DNA of 63,327 bases, counting the filler, from Nemertoderma westbladi (Eukaryota > Animalia > Xenacoelomorpha), in assembly GCA_032718475.1 (NCBI GenBank). It is 4 parts of 4 records of this genome, joined end to end, with 100 filler letters (N's around TTAATTAATTAA, not from the genome) between each part and the next. Parts side by side here need not be neighbours in the genome. Positions count along the whole stretch, not along the records: positions 21,792 to 50,345 come from JAUCBJ010007830.1; 3 more parts are not named here. One strand, 5' to 3'. Every line of letters begins with the position of its first letter. Within the stretch, counting starts at the first letter, position 1. Under the pieces are notes generated by a model. That model searched no databases and was not told the DNA's origin. It worked only from the letters and a program-made list of their open reading frames with translations. The position numbers were made by a program, and so were the translations under genes. Shown in pieces: positions 36,255 to 49,043 of this stretch.

Positions 36255-39200
36255 CTATGGTGCCCCCTCTAGCAGGCAGCATTTACCTACAGCCCTCCTG
36301 TAGGTCTTCCTGTCTTTCGCTCCTATCTTACCCCACTCCATCCCAGTGACCACTACTCTTGCTAGCCTCCACTGATTATTGATGATGGTGTCGTCCGTGA
36401 CGATCACCAAATCACCCTTCTTTAACTCTCTAGTGGTATTTCTCCACTTGCTCCTCCTATGTAGTGTGGGTAGGAATTTCTCGACCCACCTCCTCCAGTA
36501 CTCTGCGCTTATCGCCTTAGCGACTTTCCAACTCTGTCCGGAGTGTATGTCATCTGGGTCTACACCCCGCATGTCGATGGTCGCCGGCCTCTCCATTAGA
36601 AAGTGAGTGGGTGTCAGCACATCTTGTGATTCTGGGTCGTCATTTTCTGGGTATAGTGATCTGCTATTAATGATACCCTCGCACTTAGCTAGCACCATCC
36701 TTAGTACATCTTCTGTCACCATGTGGGTGTTCATCAACTTCGTCATCAGACGCTTGGAACTACCCGCGAGTCTCTCGACGCATCCTAAAGAATGCGGAGC
36801 ATATGGCGTCCTCCTCTCCCACTTCACCTGCCGTCTCCTCATGGTTGCCCTGACCTCCTCTCCTTCCAGGATGTCCAAGGCCTCCGCCAGCTCATTCTCC
36901 GCGCCCACAAAGTTGGTTCCATTATCAGAGTAGATCACTGCGATCGTCCCACCTTTGCAGTCTCTGAATCTCTCTAGGGCATTGATAAATGCCGATGCGG
37001 TTGCGTCTTGGGCGAGTTCTATTCCCACCGCCCGCGTGTTGTTACATACGAAGATGATGCCGTAGCGCTTCTCCATGTGCCGCATCACCCTGATCTTTAT
37101 CGGCCCGAACATATCTACACCGCAGTGCGTGAATGGTGGATCATGCTGTCTCACCCTATTGGCCGGTAATGGCGCCATCTCCTGTACGGCCCGCTCCTTC
37201 CTCGTCCGTTGGCAGGTCTGGCACTGCCCCACTACCACCTTCACCTTCTTTCTTAACTGCGTGATCCAGAAGGTCCTCCGTATCTCCGTGAGGGTCTGGT
37301 TGGTGCCCCCGTGCAATATCGACTTGTGGGTGTCCCAAATGATCTGGTGGACTATCGGCGATCTATTTGGGATGATAATGGGTTTCGGTGGGATGATGAG
37401 GCTGTTGATATTTAGCACTCTGGAGTTCATTACTAGGATCCCATCGTCATTGAGTTGTGGCGACAGCGTGATGAGCTCGCTGTCCCAACGAAGATGTTGT
37501 TGTTTACTGACTCGCCCCACTTTGTCGCCGTAGTACCTTTTCGGTTCGTACCGAATCACGGCCTTGGCCGCTCCCTCCAGATTGATGTTTGGTTTCCTCT
37601 TGGCGTCCTTGCCAATTCCCTTGAGGAAATCCCCGAAGGCTCTCCAGTACGCTACCAACTTCTTGGTCTTGTACCAGCTTGAGCTGTAGCTGAGGAGTTT
37701 ATCCGTCGGGTTATCGCATGGTTCTTCAGATTTTGGTTGCACCTCCCTGATCTCCCTCGCCATCTGACTATATATCTCTTCACCTTCTGAGTCTCCTCCC
37801 TCTTCCTCTAGTGTTATTTCCTCTGAGCCCGGGTCCACCTTCTTCATTGGTGGCCAGGCCATCCTATCGTTCATCCTATCATCCTATACTTCCTTCTTTA
37901 AGAAAGTGTGGCGTGCCATACCCCTCGATAATAAGTCCGCTGGGTTCTCGTCCATTGGGCAGTAGTGCCACCTTTCCAACTCAGTCGTCGCCCTTATTTC
38001 GTCCACCCTATTTGCGACGAATATAGGGTATCTCGTCTTCTCATTGTGTAGCCAACCAAGCACTACCATGGAGTCCGTCCAGTAGTGTGTTTCCACTATG
38101 TTGGGAATAGTGTCCATCAAGTAGGCTGTGGCCCTTACTCCTAATCTCGCAGCTGTCAACTCGAGTTTCGGGACCGATGCTGAATCTGGCAGCGTCGACT
38201 TTGCTTCCTCTTTGCCCTCTCATTGTACTAGGTAGAGTGCTGCTCCGTACGCTTCCAATGACGCATCGGAGAACTTGTGTAGATCCAGATCCGCCATGTC
38301 CCCATCCGGGAAATACACACGTGGCATGGTGTACATCCCCATCTGTTCTAAACTCTCCATCCACTTACTCCACTGCTTGCTGATTTCTTCCGGTACCTCT
38401 GTATCCCATTCATTCTTTAGCTTATATACTTTCTTAAGTATCTGTTTCCCCGTGACTAACAGTGGGGATGCTAGGCCTAGGGGATCGTATATCCTTGCTA
38501 TGTACGATACATAGCCCCTCTTTGTGTGGATGTCCGCGCCATCCTGGCTCAGCTGATACTTGAACTCGTCTGTCTCAGGTTCCACACGATCCCTAGTGCC
38601 TTCTGCTGGGACTCTACCCTCTTGTTCGCCATGTCCTGTCCCTTGGCTGTCGTGGGGTTATCCATGGTCGACTCTGGCCGTCTATCCTCTATGGCTTTCA
38701 TAAACTCTTCTGAGCTGGATTGGAACTTGGTCAGGTTAAACCCGGATCCCTTCAGGATGTCGCGAACCTCGCGCCCTGTATCCAGTAGTTCTTTAACTGT
38801 ATTTCCTGTATTTATTTTTTTATTTTATTATATTTTTTATTTCCTGTATAACTGTATTTATTTGGCCCCCATATTCTGCACCACCATCTTGTACATCGGT
38901 ATCGTCGACAGTTCCTCGTTGCCGTTGTACCATAGGAAGTGTTGGCTGTCACCATCCTCCTCCGTCATACGGACTTGGTTAAACATGCCTTCAATATCGC
39001 AGGTGAAGGCGTGCCTCCCGTTTCTGAATCTCAGTAGGACCACGATTCCTGAGTTATAGATATTGGGACCCTCCAGCAGATAATCGTTTAGGCACTTGCT
39101 GTTGGTCTTAGCTGATGCGTCAACTATTTACCTTTCTTTGGGTCTAGAGCCACGTGAAGTGGCAGGTAATAGGTCCTGTCCGTGTTCGGTTCGTCGACCG

Positions 39201-42200
39201 GTAACTCCACGGCCCATCCTTTCTCGACATACTTCCTTATCGTCTTGTGAATGTACTCATCCTTCTCGGGGCTCCGCTTCAGCATTTGATTCAGTTTACG
39301 AAGCCTCGAGAGTACCATTCTCTTGTTATCTGGTAGCGGTAATTTTGGTTGTTTCCACACCATCCCTATGGTTTACCGCCCCTCGTCGCATCTCATCGAC
39401 TCCTTTATGCTTTGTATCGCCTGTTTATCTTCTACCGAGATTCCGACCCCGGTCTCTTTCAATCCCTCAAAGTCCTGTCTAAGTAGTTTCCTGAGCTACT
39501 CCTCTGCTCCTTCATCTTCCATCTCCCTCATAGTTCCCGCGAACATGCACCCTGATGTCTCTGACATCCTAAACGGAATCTTGGTTTTAATTGGGCCGAA
39601 TGGTGTTAAAATTGCCATCGGGTCACGCTGATTGTCTTCGCCGAAGACCATCTGCATTCTCTCGTGGGCCGTCGGGCAATCCATTTCCACTATAATGGAT
39701 ACCTTCCTAATGTCCACCTCTGGTGTCGAGAAATCGATGCTGTCCAGGAATTTATATTGTTTGACATCGATGTTGGTTGGTTGCCTGGCGTTGATATTTA
39801 TCGATTCTATCACCTGGATGGGGTCGATGGACGCCCCATAATCGCATCCCGGTGCTATCGCTGCTATCCCGCACCGTCCGGTCCTCATCTCCAGGACCTC
39901 ATCTTTGCTGGAGATGGTTGTTACCGCCATCCTACTTGGTCTCGTCTTTAGTCCTATCTCTTTGGCCACCCAATTCTCTACCAATGTGAAGGCTGCTCCA
40001 CTGTCGACCAGCATCAGCATCAGCATGGATTACATTAGCAATGCGGAGGTCTGGCCACTAGAGGCCAGTGGAATTACCGGACACAATCGGCCTCACAGGC
40101 GTCAGTTAACTCCTGAACGGCTGCCTGTCTCACCCCCTACTGGAGAGAGAGAGCAGCCAACAATTCTTTGAGTCCCTTTCCTGATGACCTTTCTGGCCCA
40201 AACCCTGGGTCACCAGGAAGGCCAGATTGTGATGGGGAGAGGGATTCTGGAGTTGGAGGCTACTCTCATGTTCCACCCCGACCAACAAAGCCATTGGTGA
40301 ATCTGAGGCAAGAAACAAGACTTAACATTCCTGGGACCATTCCTAACATTCTTAACATTCCTGGGAGACTTTAATGCAAGTCTGCATCAATCACCTACAT
40401 CGCAATGGGTCTATAGCAATAGTGTTAACTGAAATTCTGTCCATCTTCAGGATTTTATCTCTGGAAATGGATTGTTTTCGGCTGGAACCCAGTTCAAGAA
40501 GCGAACTGGAAAGCTATGGACTCATAGTGGACCCAGTGGTCACAAGTCCCAGATAGACCATATTTTGTTTCGTAGGAAATACAGGAGCTCTATACGAGAC
40601 TGTAATGCATTTACACTTCGACCCTTCTCCAGTGATCACCGCCTTATTGTGGCCAAGGTAAGACTTAGTCTGCGTGCTAGCAGAACAACGAAATCTGCCT
40701 TGCCGCGGCATGACTGGTCCTCTCTGTTGCAACAGCCAAGTGTGAGATCCAGCTTCACACTACAGCTGAGCAACAGGTATGAGGCTCTTGCCTCTGAGGC
40801 GGCAGATCACTGTGAGGGCTATACTGCCTTTACAGAAGCAGTTAAGTTAGCAGCTGCAGAAACAGTTCCTGTATACCCTTGAAACAGGAAAAGGGCCCCC
40901 TGGACTGACAACAAAATTCAGAAGTGCCGAAATGACCTTCATAAGGCACAGAAAGAGTCCCGACTCAAACAGACTACAGCGGCCAAGAATGCAGTTAAGG
41001 CTGCATCTAGGTCCCTGAACAGGCAGTACTCTGCTAATCTACAGGAGCTAATAAACCAACAGGTTGATGCCATCAATGACAACAGGCAATCATCCCAGGC
41101 ATGGAAATCGATCAATCTGCTTACTGGGCGGAAAAGCCAACCAACCACCAAGGTTAAGGCTGAATCACCAGCCGATCGCCTCAATGGTTGGAAAGCCCAC
41201 TTTGAAAAGCTCCTCAATAATGACAGGGTATTGCCTGATAACTTTATAGAAGTAAAAGTGTCTGAGTCTGTACTCCCAGATATTCCCATTGGCGATATCT
41301 CCTTTGCAGAAGTGAAGGCTGCTGCAAAGAGCATTAAGACCAATCGTGCCAGTGGAGTAGATGGTGTTCCCCCTGAGGTCTTTAAAATACCTGAGTGTTT
41401 AAAGCTCATCTATCCCATCATAGTAGACATGTACCGAAAAACAAGAGTCCCACAAGAAATGAAAACAAATAAGTTGGTGCCAGTTCCCAAGAAGGGAAAC
41501 CTAACACTCTATGGTTCTTTTCGGGGAATCTCATTGATCTGGATTGCTGCAAAACTATACAATAGGATTCTATTAAATCGCATCAGGGATCCCATTGAGA
41601 GACTGCTCCGTGGAAATCAGAATGGGTTCCGTAAAGGTTGTGGGACCATGGAGCCCATTTTGGCACTTAGAAGGATAATTGAAGAGTTATCAAAAAAGAA
41701 AGACAGGTATCTGGCTGTTATCTTTGTTGACTTCTTCAAGGCCTTTGATTCAGTCTCTCGCTCACGTATGTTCAGCATACTTTCATTATATGGGATTCCT
41801 GATGAAATTATTGCAGCAATCAGATCAGTATACGATGGTTCAACAACATTTGTGTCTACTGTTGACGGTGACACAGAACCATTTGAAGTGTTATGGGGCA
41901 TCCTCCAAGGAGACACACTTGCACCATTCTTGTTAATTATTGTGGTTGACTATGTTCTGCGCATGTCCTTAGATCATTATAATGATGATGGGGTGATGAT
42001 AACTCCACCTACTGGCTCCAGAAGTCGAGGAAATCCTGCCAAGTACCTAACTGATCTAGACTTTGCTGATGACTTAAGAGTACTCTCAGAATCATTAGAG
42101 GGAGCACAACGGCTCCTCAGCTCATTAGAACATGATGCTTCTAGTGTTGGTCTTTTTATTAACTCCAGAAAGACCAAAATTCTGACAGTTAACTTTGAAA

Positions 42201-45200
42201 GTGAGGACCAGCCAGTGCATAATCTTGTACTTTGGCAGCCTCATGGAGTGAATAAGCATGGTGGACAGCCCATGACTTTCTTGAGACGCATCTTAAAGGA
42301 CACTGGCCTTAAAGATGCGGATGATCTAGCAAATGTCATGGGTGATAGGGAGTTGTGGCGGTGCAATCTTGTTGACAAGCCGGCACAGCATTCTTAAAAA
42401 TGCAGCTGCAATGCAGCATGCCGATCCTAGTAGTAGTAGTACTGATCGACCGCCTTCTCCGATCATCCTCACTGGTACTACCCTGAGTAGTACCGTTCCT
42501 CTCTTTTTCACCCCTACGGTGCTTGTCGCCATTGTCTGCCCTTTGCCTTGACCGAACTTAATTGGTGTTTCTTTGCATTGATAGGCTATGTGTCCGCCCG
42601 CCACACATCGAGGACAAATTCCACTCTTTCTTGCATATTCTACATGATCTTGTTTGGGCAACGCTTGCCAATATCTGCAGTTCATGGTTAGATGAAGTGC
42701 GTTTGTGAGTAATTGGCATTTGTTGTTTGGATTATAGCCGACCTTATACAGTGCGCTGCGTATCGCACTTACGTTCGTACCTAGATCCCTATTGTTCTTA
42801 TTGTTTGGGTTCAGCCTACTGGGCGTGTTGTGGTTATGTTTGTTTGTGTTGTTATTTTGCCCCAGTCCGCTCCATGGTGTGGCCCTACCCCCGGCTACAT
42901 GTGGACTAGCAGTCCCCTGCGTCGCCGCGTATGGCAGCGATTGTCTGAGCTTTGGCAATGCGTTTGCCGTGTTGTGTTCTGGTTTCGGCCTGTTATATTC
43001 GGTCTTTGGCCTCTTCCCCAGACTATCCTCGCTATAGACTGGGTCTGTGATCAATTCGGCTTTGTAGTTGAGGAAGCTCGACATTTCTTCGACATTTCTT
43101 CATTGCTCGGTTCCGCACCCTTCTTCTCCCGGGTGGAGAAAGCAATTTTTCTCCATTTATTGCGCAGCCAGATCGGCAGTGCCTGCGCTATCGTGGTGAT
43201 GTTATTAGATGCGTTAAGTTCGTCTGGCGCGTCTAGCGTCTTCAACACGATTAGCGCCTTCTCAACTTTGTTCGCAAATGTCTTTATGCTAACGGGGTTA
43301 TCCTGTAGGCCACCCGATGTTATACCCCTCAGGGTCTGCCGGATGATCTTGGCCGGGTGCCCGTATTCCCTATCTAGCGCCCGCCATGCTGTCGTGAAGC
43401 CACCCTCGATGCGCTGATACTGCCTCACGATGTCATACGCTGGGCCTCGTGTATATACCTGTAGATATTTTAGGCACTCCGCCTGCGTCAGGTTCTTGGT
43501 CAATATCTTGTTGCTGTACATGCGCCGAAATTGCAGGTATTCTTCCGGCCTACTTCCGTCGAATTTAAATGGCTCTATGGGTGGTAGCTCGATTCTGGTC
43601 TTAAGTGCATTGATTAATGTAGCCATTGCCTGTGCTTCCAATGGGTTTGAAGGATGCTGTACAGATTCTGGGGTTGATGTTAATATATTGGGGCCCATAC
43701 ACCTATCCGCAATAACTCTCCCCTCCCCTGGATATATGTTATGTCCCTGCATGCTGTCGTCATACTGCTGTGCTGGTACCGGTATAGGCCTATCCACTTC
43801 TGGCCTACCTACCGGTATGTACTCCGCGACTTCCGGGTTTAATCCTGTCGTCCGCGCTACCCTATCGCCTACACTATCTCTCCCAGCATGGCCTATAGTA
43901 TGTGCAGTAAGGCCTACAGTATGTCCTGCAGTCTGTATGTGTCCCTCCGGACCGAAGTTTAACCTTCTCGAATAATCCAAGAAGTCATCCCCGTGACTAC
44001 AGTACCCTCGATCGGCAGCTACATCCCGTCGGGAAGTTTCTCTTCGATCCCCTCTTCTCCTATTCTCGTCCTCTTACCGGTATGCCCTGTACCCCTCTCT
44101 CGGCGTATAGTACACCTCGCCAGGTCGCGTCTCTCCGGGACGATGGCAATCTTCCGGAGTTCAACCCCACCGACTCTCCAACTCCATCTCTACTACCGAC
44201 GGCTCACTATCTGTCCTCGCTCTTCTGTCACTCGCAACAACACTTCTTCTACTCTCTTCACTTCTTCTTTCTGCAGTGTAGCGTCCCCGCTCGTGAGATC
44301 TCTCGTCGACCTGGTTAAACTCCACTGTTCTTCTTCCCTCTTCTGACTGGGCTCGACGTCTCGTCGCTCGCCCTCTTGCGACGCCAACCTCTCTCTCTCT
44401 ACCCGGTCGCACGCCGCTGGGGATATTCGTAATCCCCCTATGTAATTCTCCGTCGCCGGATGCTGCGGTTCACCTAGTTTGCCCCGCGCATTATCCGGCG
44501 ACACCTGTGGGGCACTCTCTGCCCCCCCTCTCGCCGCTAATCTCTCGTTGTGGGGCTCCTGTAGCCCCCCCCCCCCCCCCCCCACTGGCCACCTATCATT
44601 TCACTATCTCTCACTTCACCTCTATGCCCCTCTCTAGTCGATGCACTATCTCTACTGCGGCTGGGTCTATTCACCCCCGCCTCTCCCTCTATCACTGCGT
44701 GGCCTGGCCGGCTCCCGTCGGGTTGACTCACCCTCGCTACTCCCCGCGTATTAACTACGTGACCTACCAGGCTACCGTCAGGGTCTCTAACCCCCGTTAC
44801 CCCCTGCGTACTGATTATGTGGCCTGGCAGGCTCTCGTCGGCCGGGCCACCTACATCTGCCGCATTTATATTAATAGCACCATTATTAATATTATTTTCT
44901 AGATTATTTAAATTATTAGAGTTATTCTGCGCTGAATTCGGATTATTATTTAAATTATTTTGTACATTTGGGTTAGAATCGAGATTATTTTGTTCGTTTG
45001 AATTAAAATTATTTTTTAGATTATTTTGCGTATTTAAATTTCAATTATTTGAATTACTTTGTATATTCGAATCTAGATTATTATTTGAATTATTTTCTAC
45101 ATTTAAATTAGGATCGTTCGGATTTAAATTATTGTTACCGGGCAAAATATTATTTCCTGCAATGAAAGTTTGATTAGGGTTGTCTACTACGGTACTATTA

Positions 45201-46530
45201 ATATTGACGCCTTCTAGCGTATTATTATTACCCCCCCCCCCCCCTCCCCCACTGCGCCAGTTCTAATCGGCGCTTTTGCTTGGCCTGATATTGCATAAGT
45301 CCCCTCAACCGGGCATGCATATCATCCCACACACGCTTTCCCGTTCTCTCTCTCTCCCTATCCTCTCGCAAACTTTGCTCGGCCAACTCTGCCTCTCTCG
45401 CAATCCTCTCAAGCCGTCTCGCCTCACGCTCTTTATGCTCGCTTGCCCCTCTCGCCACACGCTCTTTACGCTCGCTCGCCTCTCTCGCCTCACGCTCTTT
45501 ACTCGTTCGCCTCTTTCGCCTCTCTCGCCGCCTCATGCTCTTTATGTTCGTTCGCCTCTTTCGCCTCTCTCGCCTCTCGCTCCTTTCCTTCCCTTATTTC
45601 TATCTCCTCACACTCTCTCAAGTTTCTCGCGACCCTCTCAGCCCTCTCTTTATTCTCCCTCGCCAGTTCCCTCTCTTTCTCTAATAACGCAGTTCCCTCA
45701 TCCAACTGCCTCTCTAATTATTTCTGGTCTAGCGCCACCATGTCTAATTGACATGGTCTATCTATCTCTAACATCCTTCTTGCTTTTGCGGAGGATGTAG
45801 CGGACTTATCGGTCGCGACGGACCCCCGTCGCCTCTCTGTCCTGCTAACTTTCCCCCGCTTTCTGGGGTTCTCGCTAACTGACGAGACTGAATCCTCGGG
45901 GTTAACCTCGGATTCGCCCTCGTGCGGGTCTGCCCAACCCACTAACTTAATTCCCCTAGCATCCACTAAATACGACCCTATGTACACTAGTTCACATAGT
46001 TCAAATAGTTTGGTGGCGACCCCCCTCGCTCTCTCACTTGCTAGTTCTCCCTGCCCTAAACGAACTAGGTATATAAAATGTTTATTCGACTCACCTAGTC
46101 GCTGGCTCAACTTCCCCTGGTCTACCTTGGCTCCCTCTCTGGCCTCTTTGAGCTGTTTCTTCATGGCGTTGTAGGCCCGTCGAAGCTGATCGCTGGTTCC
46201 GACGTCCTCGTCGGCGACATCTCCTCCTCCTCTCCTGGTTCGGCGTCGTACCGGCGGCCCCACCTTTGCCGTTCCGGTGGGCCGTCCATCGCCCTCAGCC
46301 TGTGGCTGGCCAGCGACTTCGGCACTTCGACCGCCGTCGTGCATCGACTCGTCCCCTCGTTGTTGTAGACGGCCGCCCTCCGCTTGGGCTGCCGGATCGC
46401 CTCTCGTCGGCGAATCCGGCGTTGTGGGTCGATACTGTCGCGTCGCGGCCTCGCGGATCATTTCGTTGGTATCGTCCGGGGTCCGCGGCGGTGTCCTCTC
46501 TCCCTCTAGATCTCGGGGCTCCGTGCTCAT
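36255..46530 (-). mobile_element. BEL/Pao retrotransposon element 2 (degenerate gag-pol)
   Basis: Gag DUF1759 (43051-43980), zinc knuckle, protease LVDSG (about 40000), RT CDIEGMFNQV, RNase H FSDAS..AYGA / WTDS / NPAD, and integrase H..H..C..C, CGVDMFGP, SDNGTNF, ERL (36255-37874). Many frameshifts. Confidence 0.92.
40025..42440 (+). mobile_element. RTE-clade LINE inserted in the BEL/Pao protease, internally deleted
   Basis: APE tail SQIDHIL..SDHRL; RT motifs QNGFR, VDFFKAFDSV, LQGDTLAPFL and DFADD; (TAG)n 3' tail; (CAGCAT)3 at the 5' junction. Confidence 0.9.
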
Positions 46531-46627
46531 CCTTAACTTTCCTTCTTGGTGGCTGGCAGTCAGAGTTTAGCAGTTCCTGGAATTTCGTACTCTGCAGTCA
46601 CAGCTTACAGTGTTGAGAATTTCGTAC

Positions 46628-47226
46628 TGTGACGGGATCAGGGGATCCCGACCGGTTTATTACGTTACGCGTCACCGCATTGTTGTGAAAGATAATAGTT
46701 TATTGTTGTTATCGCTTTTGATGTTGTTATACTGTTATAGGTTGATTGATATACTGATATAAAATATAATAGCACAGTTGAATAGAAACACAATTGGTTG
46801 ATATACGGATATAAATGTTGTACCGGTAGTGACGGTGATGGTACGAAATGTCACCGATCTGCACTAGATGACTGAATAAAACTGAACTGACCGGTATTGG
46901 TATGCAATATAATATATGATTGTCATCCCTACGCTACTTTGGCCTCTCTATCTAGCGGATGCTTTCCTCGCCCTTATTGGCTAATAGACTAATTCTCGGC
47001 TCCCACCTCTGTGGGAGTGCTTCCCCCCCCCGGCTGCTGTTACTTTCCCTCCCGAGGTGGTTTGACCTCAAACCTCCCTTTGTGTGGCCTTTGGGGCTGT
47101 GTGTTGTACCCGTTATTGGGTGCGATACGAGATTAGTTGTGATTAATCTCGTATCCCCAATATTGCTGAAAAAGCGCCACTTCCCAACTTTAAGGGGATA
47201 GTGAGGCGGAATTGAATCCGCTCACA
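46628..47226 (-). mobile_element. LTR (copy B)
   Basis: Minus strand TGTGAGCGGATTCAATTCC...AATAAACCGGTCGGGATC...GTCACA with CCAAT, TATA-like and TCAGTT. No TSD and no adjacent TGG-type PBS. Confidence 0.8.
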
Positions 47227-47401
47227 CCAAGAGACAGATAGATAGATCACACAGACAGATAGACAGACAGACAGACAGACGGACATGAAATTTTGCCCTA
47301 TTTACTAATTATAATTGTGCACTAAAATTCACAAAATCTATTAAGTGTTTAAAGGTTAATTTGATTGCAACTGGTAAGGATTATATTTTATATTTTTTCA
47401 G

Positions 47402-47979
47402 ATTCGCCTCCAGTGACTCCCGTCATAACCTGCTTATCGCTAAACACCTATTTTGAGATAAATTGTACATGGCCAGTACAATTGGGAGTTACATACAACT
47501 GTACTGTGAATACATGGTGAGAGACCCTTCCTACATTTAGCTTTGCCAATGAACGTGTGGTGTGTGGCAGTGAACACGTATAGAATGATATTATATTATT
47601 ATTTGAAAGTATGGTAGGCCTACATGTAGTTCCTATGCGACAGGTGCGTTTCTAAGTGCGGGGGTGGATATGCTGTATGCTATACAATGCTTGAGCTTTT
47701 TTTATGGTGGATTTTTTGTCTTGTGTCTGAAACGATCGACCAATATCGAACCTTAACATTTATTACTTTCATTATATTCATTTTTAAATAGGAGCGGCCC
47801 AGTGATACGCGACAATTGCACTATAGTTAATGGCACTACAAATCAGGCAAAATTTACATGTGAAACATTTACAAGCCAGTATAATTATTATTGCATGGGT
47901 GCATATAACATATTAGTGATAGCGACATCTGGGAATCAAAGCAGCAATGCGACATTAATATACGAAGTTAGATCTCGAT
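47402..47979 (+). CDS. Two exons (47402-47516, 47792-47979) of a class I cytokine-receptor-like protein (N-terminal FN3 of the cytokine-binding module)
   Basis: Spliced peptide PPVTPVITCLSLNTYFEINCTW...NCTIVNGTTNQAKFTC...YNILVIATSGNQSS has PP..P, C-x10-C-x-W, a second Cys pair and Y.I.V.A. Intron phases are 1-2-1. Confidence 0.75.
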
Positions 47980-48072
47980 GTAAGTTATTTTCGTATTTGT
48001 AATTTACATTATTATTATTTTAGAAGTTACAACTTCATGTAATTACGACGTGCAGTGTAGGTATCTCAGATC

Positions 48073-48578
48073 AAAACTAGGTAGGCCAACTTAGATCCCT
48101 AAACTAATCCATCCCCCAAAACTAGATAGGCCAACTTAGATCCCTAAACTAATCCATCCCCCAAAACTAGGTAGGCCAACTTAGATCCCTAAACTAATCC
48201 ATCCCCAAAAACTAGGAAGGCCAACTTAGATCCCTAAACTAATCCATCCCCCAAAACTAGGTAGGCCAACTTAGATCCCTAAACTAATCCATCCCCCAAA
48301 ACTAGGTAGGCCAACTTAGATCCCTAAACTAATCCATCCCCCAAAACTAGGTAGGCCAACTTAGATCCCTAAACTAATCCATCCCCAAAAACTAGGAAGG
48401 CCAACTTAGATCCCTAAACTAATCCATCCCCCAAAACTAGGTAGGCCAACTTAGATCCCTAAACTAATCCATCCCCCAAAACTAGGTAGGCCAACTTAGA
48501 TCCCTAAACTAATCCATCCCCCAAAACTAGGTAGGCCAACTTAGATCCCTAAACTAATCCATCCCCCAAAACTAGGTA
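48073..48578 (+). repeat. 45-bp tandem repeat, about 11 copies
   Basis: Unit AAAACTAGGTAGGCCAACTTAGATCCCTAAACTAATCCATCCCCC, nearly invariant. Confidence 0.95.
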
Positions 48579-49043
48579 CTGTATTTATGCAAAATCATAT
48601 ATATGGTTTAAATTTATTTGAACTGTTGGTTCATCTCTAGTCTGTTTATTTTCATTGTCTCTTGTATCATTTCCACTTGGTTTCCAAGATTTTTAAGTTT
48701 TCTGTTTGTATTCTATTTATCATGGGAATCGGAACTGATTATTTCTGACCATTATTCAGTTCTAGAACAATTGCCTATGGTGTTCTCTACTTTAATCTAT
48801 ATGTGCTAGAATACTGTATGTTGCTTCTAAATGTTTCTATTGTCGTATCATTTTTGGTTAAGGGGTCGTAGGTCTTTTCATTTATTCATTTATCTCAACA
48901 TACCCATCACCGCACCACTGCATTGTTGTGATAAAACGCAAACGGGTTAGGTTGAGAGTATCATGAAGTTATTATGATGAAATAAATGTGTATGCAGTAT
49001 AAAAGCATTGGAAATTATTGATGGTTACTGGTACTGAGTGAAG

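Noticed and set aside
29875-47226. LTR A and LTR B as the paired LTRs of BEL element 2
   Set aside because: Different lengths, only patchy identity, no shared TSD and no PBS after B.
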